Counted from the stretch's first letter, positions 44,301-55,591 are shown. The stretch is 64,000 nucleotides of DNA from an uncultured delta proteobacterium (GCA_963727485.1 CAVSGM010000011.1:352001-416000); one strand, 5' to 3'. Notes: generated by a model not told the origin, from the letters alone. Numbers and translations: made by a program.

Positions 44301-45234
44301 GCTCCACTCCACCGTGGGCGGAGAGGTCTACGTCGACGGCGCCCCCGACGACCTGGCGCTCACCGGGGAGCTCGAGGTGCAGCGGGCCCGGTGGCGGCGG
44401 GACGTGGACATCGACCAGCTCCTGCCCACCATCCGGCGGAAGGTGGCGGCGGTGCCGGCGGCCCAGACGCCCTGGCTCCGGCTCGACCTGGGCCTCCACG
44501 CCCCGGGCACCATCCGGGTGGAGAACCGCAACCTCACCGCCACCCTCCGGGCCAACCTGCGGCTCACCGGGGACGACGTCCACCACGGGCTGGTGGGCAC
44601 GGTGACCCTCCTCGACGGACGGGCCAACTTCCGCGGCAACGAGTACACGATCACCCAGGCCGGGGCCGACTTCAAGGACCGGGAGCACATCGTCCCCAAC
44701 TTCGACGTGCAGGCGTTCACCGACATCCGGGACTACCGGGTGACCATCCACGCCTTTGGCACCCCCGACGATCCCCGGGTGGTGTTCAACTCCGATCCCC
44801 AGCTCCCCGAGAGCGACCTCATCACCCTGGTCACCCTGGGGGTCACCTCCAGGGACGCCGAGGGGATCGGGAGCAGCGACGCGGCGGCGGCGGCCGCGGA
44901 CGCCATCTTCGCGGTCTCGGGCCTCGACCAGAAGGTCCGCTCGTTCATCCCCAAGAACCCCATCCTCCGCGACCCGACGGTGCGCCTCACCAGCGGCTGG
45001 TCCAGCGGCACCGGCCAGGTGGAGCCGCGGCTGGCCTTCGAGTCGCACCTGTTCACCAAGGCGCTCAAGCTCCGGTACTCCGCGCCCATCGGGGTGCCCG
45101 GCCAGACCACCGAGGCCGAGTACCGGATCAACAAGACGGTGAGCCTCCAGGCCGAGTGGGACACCGAGAGCCGCCAGGCGACCTCGGTGGGCGACATCGG
45201 TCTCGATCTCAAGCTCCGCTGGGAGGGCGAGTGA
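41319..45234 (+). CDS. tamB: TamB/AsmA-like translocation and assembly module protein (frameshift at ~43815)
   Basis: N-terminal TM segment, long beta-taco repeats, C-terminal DUF490-like region (FGTPDDPRVVFNSDPQLPESDLITLV..DLKLRWE); adjacent to an Omp85 gene. Confidence 0.8.
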
Positions 45235-48200
45235 GGCACCGGCTGGCGGTGGCTGCCGTCGTCTTCCTCGCGGTCCTCCTCCCGGCTCGTCCGGGCTGGG
45301 CGGCGAAGCTGCCCCCGGACTTCCCCTGGAACCTCCAGCACCCCGCCGTGGTCTCGGTGGAGCTGCGGCTGCCCCGGGGGGTGCAGGTCCCCGGGCTCAA
45401 GTCCATGGTGCCCTTCCGCCCCGGCCAGGTGCTCACGCGCCATGCCCTGCGCCGGACGGTGCGCCTCCTCTACGAGACCCGGCACTTCCGGCAGGTCAGC
45501 GCCTACGTGCGCCCGGCGCCGGGCGGCGTGGCGGTGACCTTCGTGCTCCTGCCGCGGCAGCGGATCGCCGACGTCTCCTTCCCCGGCGCCGTGGCCTTCA
45601 ACCGGGACGACCTCCAGCGGATCGCCGGGCTCAAGGAGGACCACGAGTTCCTCAAGAGCTCGGTGTACAAGGCGAGGCGCGCCCTGGTGGCCGCCTACCG
45701 CCGCAAGGGCTACCGGCAGGTGCGCATCGAGCCGGAGGTCCGGGAGGGGAACAACGCGCTGGTGGCCCTGGTCTTCCGCATCGACGCGGGCCACCGGACC
45801 CGGCTCCTCGGGGTGCGGTTCCAGGGGCGCACCGGGCTGGAGCCGGCGGCCCTGCGCCGCGCCCTGGGGCTCGATCCCGGTGCCCCCGCGGACCTCGACG
45901 CGGTGGAGGCGGCGCTGCCCCGGCTCCGGGCCCGGCTGCCGGGAGGCGGGCTACCTCCGGGCGACCGTCGGGGATCCCACCGTGGCCCCCGTCCCGGGGC
46001 ACGGGCCCGGTCCCTGGGGCCGGCTGGTGATGCCCGTGGAGTCGGGGCCGGTGGTCCGCCTCCGGATCCTGGGCAACACCGTGATGTCCGACGCCCGGGT
46101 GCGGGCGCTCCTCCGGCTCCCCGACGACGAGCCCGCGACCCTCGACGTGATCCGCGACGGTGCCTCGCGCCTGGCGCGCCGCTACCGGCTCCTCGGCTAC
46201 GCCCACGTGTCGGTGTCGGTGCGCCAGATCCGCCCCGCGCCCGAGGTCCGGCGGGTGGTGCTCACCGTCAACGAGGGGCCGCGGCTGGAGGTGCGGCGCT
46301 ACCGCTTCATCGGCGCCACGGTGTTCCCCGCGCGGCGCCTGCGGCAGCAGCTCTGCGACGCCGTGGAGAAGGCCACCGCGCCGCCGCCCCTGGCCGTCGA
46401 CACCCGGGCCATCTCCGGCCTCGGCGGCCAGCGGGATCCCGCCGCGGGCGAGCCGCTGCCTCCGCGCCTCCCCGACCCCTGCACCGTCTACGACCCCGAT
46501 GTGTGGCAGAGCGCCCTCGACGCCATCCGTGACCTCTACCGCAACGATGGCTACCTGCGGGTCGAGGTCGAGGATCCCGTCCTCCGCCCCCTGCCCGGCC
46601 GCGGCCGCTACCAGGCCCTGATCCGGGTCCACGAGGGGGTCCAGACGCGAGTGTCGAAGATCCGGTTCCAGGGGGCCACCGCCCTTCGGGAGGCCAGGCT
46701 CGCCGGCGCGGTCCCGGTCGACGCCGGGCGTCCCCTCTCGTACCTGAAGGTGGAGCAGGGTCGCTTCGCCATCCGCGGTCTCTACGCCGAGCACGGCTAT
46801 CCGTTCACCAAGGTCCACGACCGGGTCTCCCTGGACGGCGACCGGCGCCACGCCGAGGTGGACTACCTGGTCACCCAGGGGCCCCAGGTCCACGTGGGGC
46901 GGATCATCGTCCGCGGCCACTACGACACCCCGGCGTCGCTGGTCCGCAGCCGCCTGCTCATCCACCCCGGCGAGGTATGGAACCTCGCCAAGGTCCGGGC
47001 GAGCCAGCAGTCGATCCTGCAGCTGGGGATCTACCGCTCGGCGGTGATCCGCTTCCTCGACGCCGATGACCCGGCGCCGGTGATGGACGTGGTGGTCCAG
47101 GTCAGCGAGCGCAAGCCCGAGGCGGTGGAGCTCGGCTTCGGGGTCTCCACCGAGGAGGGGCCGCGGGCCTACGCCGAGTACACCAACCTCTTGTTCTGGG
47201 GTGGCTCCGAGCTCCACGCCCGGGCCAAGGCCAACTACCCGGTCTTCTACACCGGGGTGGTGGCGCCGGGGCTGGAGTGGGAGGTCCACCTGGGCCTCAA
47301 GTTCCCGAGGCTCCTGGGGAGCCGCACCGATCTGGTGTGGGAGCGCCGCTACCGGCCCACCTACAGCCCGGTCTACAGCCTCACCCGCTGGGCCTGGTCG
47401 GTGGGCACCGAGGGCCGCATCGCCCGCCACGTCTCCGGCACCATCAAGGCGGGCATCGAGTTCGACTCCCTCTCCAAGGGCCAGGACCTCTCCCAGTCGA
47501 GCTACGTCCTCACCCAGCAGGACCGGGAGTTCCTCCGCCTGGAGCAGGGCACGGTGCTCCTGGCCAGCGTCGAGCCGGGGATCACCGTCGACCTGCGCAA
47601 CGATCCCTTCTCACCCACCGAGGGCTGGCTCCTCACCGGCAACCTCGACTGGTCCAAGGACCTGGGCATCCGGGTCCAGCCCATGCACTTCCTCAAGACC
47701 GTGGGCTCGGTCACCCGCTACCAGCCCCTGCCGGCGAAGATGGTGCTCGCGGTCTCGGCCTCGGGCGGGGTGGTGATCCCGCTCATCCCCGACAACCACA
47801 CCATCGGGCCCAAGCGCTTCTTCCTCGGCGGCGCCGACAGCCTCCGGGGCTTCCCCGTCGACTCGGTGCTGCCCCAGGACCAGCGGGTGCCTCTCGACGC
47901 CCAGGTCGTCACCTGCGAGCAGAACTTCCGGAGGCTCTGCGCCCCCGACGTCCTGAGCGTGATCGGCGGCCAGCGGCCCACCAGCGCCGGTGGCGACGCC
48001 TACGTCCTCGTCCGCGGGGAGCTGCGCTTCCCCATCGTCGGCGCCCTCCAGGGCGGGGTCTTCGTGGACGCCGGGAACCTCTGGCGCGACCCCCGGGACG
48101 TGAACCCCCTGGTCCTGCGCACGGCGGCCGGCTTCGGGATCCGCTACAAGACCCCGGTGGGACCGGTGGCCCTGGACCTGGGGTTCAACCTCGCCCCCGA

Positions 48201-48255
48201 CACCGCGATCCGCGAGGACGTCTACGCCCTCCACTTCTCCATCGGGGTGTTCTAG
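45231..48255 (+). CDS. Omp85 (TamA/BamA-like) outer-membrane protein with multiple POTRA domains (frameshift at ~45937)
   Basis: Signal peptide, repeated POTRA motifs (YRRKGY, YRNDGY, YAEHGY), RFFLGGADSLRGF, FVDAGNLW, GIRYKTPVGPVALD, terminal HFSIGVF. Confidence 0.85.
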
Positions 48256-48267
48256 GCCACCCCACCC

Positions 48268-48624
48268 CTAGGCGAGGGCGTGGATCAGGTACTCGCCGGC
48301 GCCGCCGACGACGGCCATGATCAGCGCCGCCAGCAGGGCGGTCCCGAAGCCGCGCACCGTGAGGGCGTCGGTGAAGGCGTCGGTGATCTTCAGGAGGATG
48401 GCATCGACCACCCACCGGGTGAGGAACGCCAGGATGAAGCCCAGACCGAGCGTGGCCAAGCCGATCACCGTGAAGAAGAGCCAGCCGATGAAGAAGTTGA
48501 GGAGGCCGAAGATCGCCGCGGTGAGGATGGCGCCGCCGACCCCGCGGACCTTCACCCCCGGGAGGATGGCGGCGGCGATGTAGACGGCGACGGAGAGGAT
48601 CAGCCAGCTGACGAGGAGGTGCAT
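48268..48624 (-). CDS. Four-TM phage-holin-family (YvlD-like) membrane protein
   Basis: LPGVKVRG..AAIFGLLN..TLGLG..FGTALLAAL pattern. Confidence 0.75.
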   Translation of the reverse strand: MHLLVSWLILSVAVYIAAAILPGVKVRGVGGAILTAAIFGLLNFFIGWLFFTVIGLATLGLGFILAFLTRWVVDAILLKITDAFTDALTVRGFGTALLAALIMAVVGGAGEYLIHALA

Positions 48625-48638
48625 GGGCCGAAGCGTAA

Positions 48639-49550
48639 TCACTCCTCCGCCAAGCGGAAGAGCAGACCCCAGCGGACCCCCCGGTCGCTCACCGTGAGCG
48701 CCGGGGCTCCGAGGTGGCGCCGGGCCCGGGCCAGGAGCAGGGCCCCGGCGGGGAGGACGTCGGCGCGCTTCGGCTCCATCCCCGGGAGCCGGCGCCGCGC
48801 CTCGAGGTCCAGGGCGAAGAGCCGGTCGACCAGGGCGTCGAGGTCGCCGGCGCCGAGCTCGGTCCGGTGGACCCGGTCGGCGTCGTAGGCGGGCAGCGCC
48901 AGGTGGACGGCGGCCAGCGTGGTGGCGGTGCCGGCGACGGCGACCAGGCGTGCCCCCTCGGTCCCCTGGGGGATGGTGGCCAGGGCGGCGTCGGCGGCCT
49001 CGGTGATCCGCTCGCGGGCGGCGTCTCCGGGCGGGTCGGCGTGGACGAAGCGCTCGGTGAGACGCACCGAGCCCACGGGCAGGGAGGTGCGGAAGTCGAA
49101 GGCCTCGGCGGCGCCGTGGATGATCTCGGTGGAGCGCCCGCCGACGTCGATGACCGTGAGGCCGCGCCCGGGCGCTCCGAGCTCGCGCCAGGCGGCGAGC
49201 CAGGAGAGCTGGGCCTCGTCCTCACCGGGGATGATGGTCAGGCGGGTCCCGGCGTCGGCGGCCCGGCGCACCAGCTCGGCGCCGTTCTCCGCCTCCCGGG
49301 CGGCGGCGGTGGCCACCCCCACCAGCTCGGGCGCCCCCAGGGACCGGGCCTTCGCCGACATCTGCGCCAGGGTCTCGGCGGTGCGGTCGAGGGCGACGTC
49401 CGAGAGGCGCCCGGTGGCGTCGAGGCCGGCGCCGAGGCGGGTGATGACCGCCTCCTGCCACCGGGGTTGCCAGCCGTCGGCGGTCTGCTCGGCCACCAGG
49501 GCGGTGACCGAGTTGCTCCCCACGTCGACGGTGGCGAGGACCCGGCCCAT
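48639..49550 (-). CDS. ppx: Ppx/GppA family phosphatase
   Basis: VDVGSNSV, ATAAAREAEN, GEDEA, DVGGRSTE, PVGSVRLTE, AGT, RADVLPAG. Confidence 0.9.
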   Translation of the reverse strand: MGRVLATVDVGSNSVTALVAEQTADGWQPRWQEAVITRLGAGLDATGRLSDVALDRTAETLAQMSAKARSLGAPELVGVATAAAREAENGAELVRRAADAGTRLTIIPGEDEAQLSWLAAWRELGAPGRGLTVIDVGGRSTEIIHGAAEAFDFRTSLPVGSVRLTERFVHADPPGDAARERITEAADAALATIPQGTEGARLVAVAGTATTLAAVHLALPAYDADRVHRTELGAGDLDALVDRLFALDLEARRRLPGMEPKRADVLPAGALLLARARRHLGAPALTVSDRGVRWGLLFRLAEE

Positions 49551-50949
49551 CTACTTCCCCGGCTGCTTCGCCTGGGGGTCGGGGGTGGGCACCGGGGGCG
49601 TGCTCGGGGCGGCGGTGGCCGCCTGGGCGGGCCCGGCGCCGGCCGGGTAGGGGCCCCACACCGGGGTGTAGTAGCTGCCCTTGGGGAGCTGGAGCATCCG
49701 CTGGTTGGTCCCGTCGGCGTTCATGATCCAGAATCCGCGAGTGCCCGGTGCGGGTGGAGGTGAACACGATGTGGTGGCCGTCGGGGCTGTAGCTGGGCTC
49801 TTCGTTGTTGCCCGTGTCCTGGGTGAGGCGGGTGATGTCGCCGGTGTCGGGGCTCACGGTGAACAGGTCGAAGACGTTGCGCTCGTCGCGGGCGGTGAAG
49901 GCGATGGCGTCACCCCGAGGGGACCAGGCGGGGGTCTGGTTGTAGTTGCCCTGGAAGGTGAGGCGCTTCTGGCCCGTGCCGTCGGCGTTCATCACGTAGA
50001 TCTGGGGGCTGCCGCCCCGGGAGCTCACGAAGGCGATGCGCTTGCCGTCGGGGGAGAAGCTGGGCGAGGCGTCGACACCCCAGGCGTGGGTCAGCTCCCG
50101 GGGGTGGCTGCCGTCGGCGTTCGCCACCCAGATCTGCGAGTTCCCGCCGCGGGTGTCGGTGTAGGCGATGCGGCGCCCGTCGGGGGAGAAGGCGACGCCG
50201 GTGTACATGGCCTCGCCGCCGCCGGTGACCAGCCCCGAGACGTGCCCCGAGAGGCTCACGGTGTAGAGCTTGGGGTAGCCGGTCCGGTAGGAGGTGTAGG
50301 CGACGCGGCTTCCGTCCGGTGCCCAGGCCGGGAGGAGGTTGAGGCCGCCGCCGGTGAGCCGGTGGGCCCCGTGGCCGTCCCAGTCGCCGACCCAGACCTC
50401 CTTGCTCTTGCCCACCCGGCGGACGAAGGCGATGGAGGTGTCGAAGATCCCCCGCTCCCCGGTGAAGTACTTCACCACGTCGTTGGCGCAGCGGTGGGCG
50501 AGCATCCGGGCGTCGGCCACCGGCGCGGTGTAGGTCCAGTGGGCGCTCTCTTCGGCCTTGGTGACGTCGAAGAGGTGGGCCTCGTAGGTGGCGATCCCGT
50601 TCTTCACCGTGATCCGACCCTTGAGCAGGCCCTCGGCGCCGACGTTGGCCCAGGCGGGGAACTTGATGCTGGCGGCGTTGAGGCCCTCGCCGGGGGCGGC
50701 GAGGAACGACCGGGGGTCGAGGACCTGGAACACCCCGCTGACGTCGAGGTCGTAGCGCAGCCGGGCGGTCACCAGGTCGGCGACCTTGGCCGCGGCGTCC
50801 CCCTGGGAGAGCACCCGGGGGATGGCCAGCGGGTAGGGCCGGAAGGTGGCACCGGTGACGTCGATGTAGACCCGGTCGGCCCGGGCCGGCCGGGCGGTGG
50901 CGAGGCCGAGGACGAGGGCGAGGGCGGCGAGGAGGGGTACGCGTCGCAT
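49551..50949 (-). CDS. tolB: Tol-Pal beta-propeller protein TolB (frameshift at ~49733)
   Basis: Signal peptide, YFTGERGIFDTSIAF, PD40 repeats (PAWAPDG, FSPDG, PSFSPDG, PAWSPRG, PSYSPDG). Confidence 0.92.
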
Positions 50950-50969
50950 GGGAAACCGGGGTCTTGGGA

Positions 50970-51701
50970 TCAGAGCCTGAACTTCACGCCCAGGCCCTCG
51001 GTCATGAACTTGTCGCGCCAGCCGTTGGGGGGCGGCGGCAGGGGATTGGAGGCGGCGATGGCCCGGCGCAGGGCGTCGTCGAACTGCGCGTTCCCCGAGC
51101 TCTTCTCGATGACGGTGCGGGTGATGTGCCCGTCGGGGGCGACGTAGATCACCACCGTGGCATTCAGGTAGAGGCGCTGGCGGTCGGAGATGGTGCTGGG
51201 CACCTTGTAGTTCGAGTGGAGCTGCTGCTCCACCAGGGCCAGGTACTTGTCGCCCTCGCTGGCGGTCACCGCGTCGCCGTTGGGGTTCCCGTCGGCGGCC
51301 CCCGGGGGCTTCTCGGGCTTGGCCTTCTCGTCCCACTGGTCGGCGACCTTGCTGATGGCCGCGGCCAGGGGATCCACCGAGCGCTTGGGGGTCTTGGGCT
51401 TGACCTTGGGCTTGGGGGGCGGCTTGTGGCTCGGCGGCGTCTTCACCGGGAGGGCCACCTGGGGCTTCGGCGGCGGCGGCTGGCGGTACTTGCGGGGGAG
51501 GAGCTTGGGATCCCGGGGGGTGCCCAGGCGGACCAGGTGGGCCACGATGGGCTTGGTCTGGATGATGGGCCCCGAGGGCGCCATCGACCCCAGGTAGAAG
51601 GCGAGCCCCAGGACCACGACGTGCGCGAGGGCCGAGATCGTCACCGCCCGGAGGAGCCGGGGATCCCGCCCGGTGAGGAGGCTCTCGTGGGTGGTGTCCA
51701 T
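50970..51701 (-). CDS. tolA: TolA/TonB-family protein
   Basis: TM segment with SALAH motif, Pro/Lys-rich linker, C-terminal KSSGNAQFDDA..PLPPPP. Confidence 0.8.
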   Translation of the reverse strand: MDTTHESLLTGRDPRLLRAVTISALAHVVVLGLAFYLGSMAPSGPIIQTKPIVAHLVRLGTPRDPKLLPRKYRQPPPPKPQVALPVKTPPSHKPPPKPKVKPKTPKRSVDPLAAAISKVADQWDEKAKPEKPPGAADGNPNGDAVTASEGDKYLALVEQQLHSNYKVPSTISDRQRLYLNATVVIYVAPDGHITRTVIEKSSGNAQFDDALRRAIAASNPLPPPPNGWRDKFMTEGLGVKFRL

Positions 51702-52144
51702 CAGCGGTGACGCTTGGGTCTGCGGTCCTGCTCCAGGGGATCGGTGATCATGCCGAGGTTCTCCACCCCGGCGCGCCGGGCGATGGCCATCACCTCGACC
51801 ACCACGCCATAGGGTAGGCGCTTGTCGGCGTGGAGATAGAGCTCGTGGTCCTTCTTCACCTTGGCGTTGGTGGCCAGCTTCTCCTCCAGCTGATCCATGG
51901 GCACCTGGGTGTCGCCGATGAACACGTGCTGGTCCCGGTCGATGGAGAGCACCAGCTTGGGCTTCTCGTCCTGGATCGGCTGGGCCTTCGCCTGGGGCAG
52001 CTGGACCTTCACCCCCTGGACGATGAGGGGAGCGGTCACCATGAAGATGATGAGCAGCACCAGCATCACGTCCACGAGGGGCGTGACGTTGATGTCGCTC
52101 ATGGGGCGGCGCCGACCGCCGCCCCCGCCGGTGGCCATGCCCAC
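51701..52144 (-). CDS. tolR: TolR
   Basis: DINVTPLVDVMLVLLIIFMVTAP, ADKRLPYG. Confidence 0.92.
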   Translation of the reverse strand: MGMATGGGGGRRRPMSDINVTPLVDVMLVLLIIFMVTAPLIVQGVKVQLPQAKAQPIQDEKPKLVLSIDRDQHVFIGDTQVPMDQLEEKLATNAKVKKDHELYLHADKRLPYGVVVEVMAIARRAGVENLGMITDPLEQDRRPKRHR

Positions 52145-52154
52145 GCGTGTGCTC

Positions 52155-52913
52155 CTACTTGAAGAAGTGCCGCCGGATGATGTTGAGGAAGTCGATGGAG
52201 AAGTTCTCCATCTCCGCCTCCAGGACCCGGATCTTCGCGGTGAAGTGGTTGTAGGCCACCACCGCGGGGATGGCGGCGAAGAGCCCCACCGCGGTGGCGA
52301 TGAGGGCCTCGGAGATGGGCCGCGCCACGGTGGCGAGGTTGGCGTTGCCCATCAGGTAGATCTCGTGGAAGGCGCGCATGATGCCCCACACGGTGCCGAA
52401 CAGACCCACGAAGGGCGCCGCCGAGCCGATGGTCGCCAGGAAGGAGATGGCCGACTCGAGGTGGGTGAGCTCGGCGGTGCTGGCGCGCCGGAGGCTCCGC
52501 TCGACGTTCTCCAGGTCCTCGCTGGTGCGCGTGGACTTGTCGTCCTTGGAGATCTTGGTGAGCTCCACGTAGCCGGCCTTGAACACCTGGCTGATGGGGC
52601 TCTCGGCGAGGGTGTCGGCGGTCTGGTAGATGGCGTCGAGGCGCTTGGACTGCCAGAAGGCCTCGAGGAAGCTCACCGACTGGCGCTGGGCCTTCCGCAG
52701 CTGGAGCGACTTGCGGACGATGATGCCCCAGCTCGCCACCGAGGCGGTGGCCAGGAGCAGGAGGACGAAGCCCACCACCGCGCCGGCGTGGGTGACGATG
52801 TGCCAGTAGTTGAGGCCGCCACCCGGGGGAGCTCCGGCGGGCGCGACCGTGGGGGCCGCCGCCTGGGCAAGGAGGAACGGTGTGGCAAGAGCGTCACGGA
52901 GGAGGTCGATCAT
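52155..52913 (-). CDS. tolQ: TolQ
   Basis: LATIGSAAPFVGLFGTVWGIM, ISEALIATAVGLFAAIPAVVAYN. Confidence 0.93.
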   Translation of the reverse strand: MIDLLRDALATPFLLAQAAAPTVAPAGAPPGGGLNYWHIVTHAGAVVGFVLLLLATASVASWGIIVRKSLQLRKAQRQSVSFLEAFWQSKRLDAIYQTADTLAESPISQVFKAGYVELTKISKDDKSTRTSEDLENVERSLRRASTAELTHLESAISFLATIGSAAPFVGLFGTVWGIMRAFHEIYLMGNANLATVARPISEALIATAVGLFAAIPAVVAYNHFTAKIRVLEAEMENFSIDFLNIIRRHFFK

Positions 52914-53062
52914 GTCGGGGCGCCTGGCCGTGGGAACCGGGCGCCACCTCGGACCATTCCCGGGGGGCGCCGTCGCGTCGTAGGACGCAAATACCTGAAT
53001 AAAGGTGCGTTTGGGTGTAGCATGCGGGATCGGGAGGGTCAAGCTGGGGTCAGGCGCCTTCG

Positions 53063-53078
53063 TGGCACGCAGGTTGCT
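53063..53078 (+). promoter_or_regulatory. Sigma-54 promoter
   Basis: TGGCACG-CAGG-TTGCT, a perfect -24/-12 consensus ~120 nt upstream of the lipoprotein gene. Confidence 0.75.
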
Positions 53079-53196
53079 CCCCTCCGGGGAGGCAACCGGT
53101 CCGGTCCGGACACCCCCGGTTGAATCTCCCCGCAAGCCCCACGTCCAACCCCGCCGACGCGCCACAGCGCGACATCAATTTCTCATGGAGGGAACC

Positions 53197-54162
53197 ATGC
53201 GCGCCATTCGACTCACCGCCTTCGCCGCCGGCCTCTTGCTGGCCTCTGGATGTATCGTCGTCCCCAATGGAGGAGGCGGGGGCGGGGGTGGAGCCACCGG
53301 CTCGCTCACCCTGAACTACACCTTCGGGGGCAGTGGCTGCGCCGCCGCCGGCGTCGACCAGATCTCGATCCAGGTCTCGGGCCCGAAGGACAGCGCCTCC
53401 AAGGACGTGAGCTGCACCACGGCGCCCCAGGGGCTCACCATCGACAACTTCATCCCCGACACCTACGACGTCACCATCACCGGCTACGACGCCAGCGGGA
53501 ACGCCCTCTACGGGATGAGCACCGCCCAGTCGGTGACCATCGGCGTCGGGACCAACAGCTACGCCATCGACGTCCCGCCCCTCACCGGTGACCTCTCGGT
53601 CTACTGGGGCAAGTTCGGCACCTACACCGACTGCAGCGCCGCCCAGGCCAACATCCCCACCGTGCGCGCCACCCTCGAGGATGCCGGGGGCAACGTCCTC
53701 GACGACCAGACCTACGACTGCAGCGCCGCCGGCGTCACCTGGCCCCAGATCGCCCCCGGGACCTACACCGTCATCCTCAACGGCATCGCCTCCGATGGGA
53801 TGGTCTACTACGCCGCCTCCAGCCAGGTCGACGTGACCACCGGCCAGGCCAACGACTACACCGTCGACCTCGTCGACAACACCGGGCAGCTCACCGTCCA
53901 GTGGACCTTCGCCGGCAGCTCGGCGTGCGGCAGCGTGTCCACCGTCCACGTGAAGATCCTCGACGCCAACAACAACGTCCTCGACGACAACACCTACAAC
54001 TGCAGCGACGGCGGCGAGGTCTACGACAACGCCCCCGCCGGTGGCTACACCGTCGACGCCCAGGGCATGGACAGCTCGAACCAGGTCCTCTACTCCGGCA
54101 CCAACTCGAGCGTCACCGTCGTCGCCGGGACCCAGCAGACCTACATCGTCGACATGAACTAG
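53197..54162 (+). CDS. Lipoprotein with three internal ~95-aa beta-sandwich-like repeats
   Basis: LLASG|C lipobox, Gly linker, three repeats of G.L....F..C....V.V...D....C......G.Y.V..G.D..G..Y; very rich in T/S/D/N. Confidence 0.75.
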   Translation: MRAIRLTAFAAGLLLASGCIVVPNGGGGGGGGATGSLTLNYTFGGSGCAAAGVDQISIQVSGPKDSASKDVSCTTAPQGLTIDNFIPDTYDVTITGYDASGNALYGMSTAQSVTIGVGTNSYAIDVPPLTGDLSVYWGKFGTYTDCSAAQANIPTVRATLEDAGGNVLDDQTYDCSAAGVTWPQIAPGTYTVILNGIASDGMVYYAASSQVDVTTGQANDYTVDLVDNTGQLTVQWTFAGSSACGSVSTVHVKILDANNNVLDDNTYNCSDGGEVYDNAPAGGYTVDAQGMDSSNQVLYSGTNSSVTVVAGTQQTYIVDMN

Positions 54163-54184
54163 CCCTTCGGGGCATGCTCCGCCG

Positions 54185-55030
54185 GTGACCGCGACGTCGC
54201 ACGATCCGGAGGCGCACCGCCGCCGGCCCATCGGAGTCTTCGACTCCGGGGTCGGCGGCCTCACCGTCCTCAAGAGCCTCCACGCGCGCCTGCCGAACGA
54301 GGGGACCGTCTACCTCGGGGACACGGCGCGCGTACCCTATGGGACCCGCTCGCCGGAGACGGTGATCCGCTACGCGCTGAACAACGCGCGGTTCCTCATG
54401 GACGCGGCGCCCCTGAAGATGCTGGTGGTCGCCTGCAACACCGCCTCGGCGGTGGCCCTCCCGGCGCTGGCCGAGGCGCTCCCGGTGCCGGTCCTGGGGG
54501 TGGTGGAGCCCGGGGCCGCGGCGGCGGCGGCGGCCACGCGCACCGGCCGGGTGGCGGTCATCGGCACCCGGGGGACGGTGAAGAGCGGGGCCTACCAGCG
54601 GGCCCTGTCCACCCTGCGGCCCGGGATCGAGGTCCACGCCCGGGCCTGCCCGCTGCTGGTGCCGCTCGCCGAGGAGGGGTGGCACGACGACGCCCTCGCC
54701 CGGGAGGTGGTGGCGCGCTACCTCGCCGATCTCGGGGACCACGACGTCGACGCCCTGGTCCTCGGCTGCACCCACTACCCCCTGCTCCGGGCGGCCATCG
54801 CCGAGGTGGTCGGGCCCGGGGTCGCGCTCATCGACTCCGGCGAGGCCACCGCCGCCGCCGTGGCCGAGCGCCTGGCGGCGGACGGAGACCTCGCCCCGGC
54901 GCCGGAGGCGGGCGAGGTCCCCCTGCGGCGCTGCTTCGTCACCGACGTCCCCGACGCCTTCCACGAGGTGGCCTCGCGTTTCCTCGGGGCCGAGGCCCCG
55001 GCGCCGGAGCTGGTGGACATCCCGGTCTAG
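54185..55030 (+). CDS. murI: Glutamate racemase
   Basis: IGVFDSGVGGLTV, PYG, VACNTAS, LGCTHYP. Confidence 0.95.
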   Translation: MTATSHDPEAHRRRPIGVFDSGVGGLTVLKSLHARLPNEGTVYLGDTARVPYGTRSPETVIRYALNNARFLMDAAPLKMLVVACNTASAVALPALAEALPVPVLGVVEPGAAAAAAATRTGRVAVIGTRGTVKSGAYQRALSTLRPGIEVHARACPLLVPLAEEGWHDDALAREVVARYLADLGDHDVDALVLGCTHYPLLRAAIAEVVGPGVALIDSGEATAAAVAERLAADGDLAPAPEAGEVPLRRCFVTDVPDAFHEVASRFLGAEAPAPELVDIPV

Positions 55031-55052
55031 CCGGGACGTGCCACCGGGCGGG

Positions 55053-55520
55053 TCAGCTGACGGCGATCTCCTTGCCCTTCACCGCGCCCTTCTCGCCCTT
55101 GGGCAGGTGGACGTGGAGGACGCCGTCCTTGTACTCGGCGGCAATCTTCTTCTGGTCCACCTCGGGCGGCACGGCGAAGGATTGGTAGAAGCTGCCGTAG
55201 CTGCGCTCGATCCGGTGGATCTTCTTGCCCTTCTCCTCGTGGGCCTCCTTCCGCTCGCCCTTGAGGATGAGGTGCCCCTCCTCGGTGGTCACGTGGACGT
55301 CGGCCTTCTTGACCCCCGGGAGCTCGGCGGTGATGAGGTACTCGCCGTCGGTCTCGGTGATGTCCACGGACGGGGCCCAGTCGGCAAGGCCGAGGCGGGT
55401 CTCCTCGAAGCGGCCGAGGTTTCCGAACACCTGGCCCATCCGCTCGGTGAAGTCCTCGAGGTCCCGGAAGGGACGCCAGCGGGTGAGCTCATCCATGGGG
55501 TTCCTGCGCTGGATTGCCAT
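55053..55520 (-). CDS. Hsp20/alpha-crystallin small heat-shock protein
   Basis: WAPSVDITET, AELPGV, ERSYGSF, YKDGVLHVHLPK; AAGGAG RBS. Confidence 0.93.
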   Translation of the reverse strand: MAIQRRNPMDELTRWRPFRDLEDFTERMGQVFGNLGRFEETRLGLADWAPSVDITETDGEYLITAELPGVKKADVHVTTEEGHLILKGERKEAHEEKGKKIHRIERSYGSFYQSFAVPPEVDQKKIAAEYKDGVLHVHLPKGEKGAVKGKEIAVS

Positions 55521-55575
55521 GATCTGCTCCTTGCGTGGGGGCTTGGTCGCCTCCGTGCCACGCGCCTGAAAGGGG

Positions 55576-55591
55576 AGCATCCGGCGTGCCA
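55576..55591 (-). promoter_or_regulatory. Sigma-54 promoter for hsp20
   Basis: Minus strand TGGCACG-CCGG-ATGCT. Confidence 0.55.

Noticed and set aside
41319..46532. TamB-Omp85 fusion (1737 aa)
   Set aside because: Produced by the frameshift at ~43815; the true TamB C-terminus is in ORF 43828..45234, and the Omp85 gene has its own signal peptide.
48268..48624. Prophage signalled by the holin-family gene
   Set aside because: This family is common in chromosomes; no integrase, structural or lysin genes are nearby.
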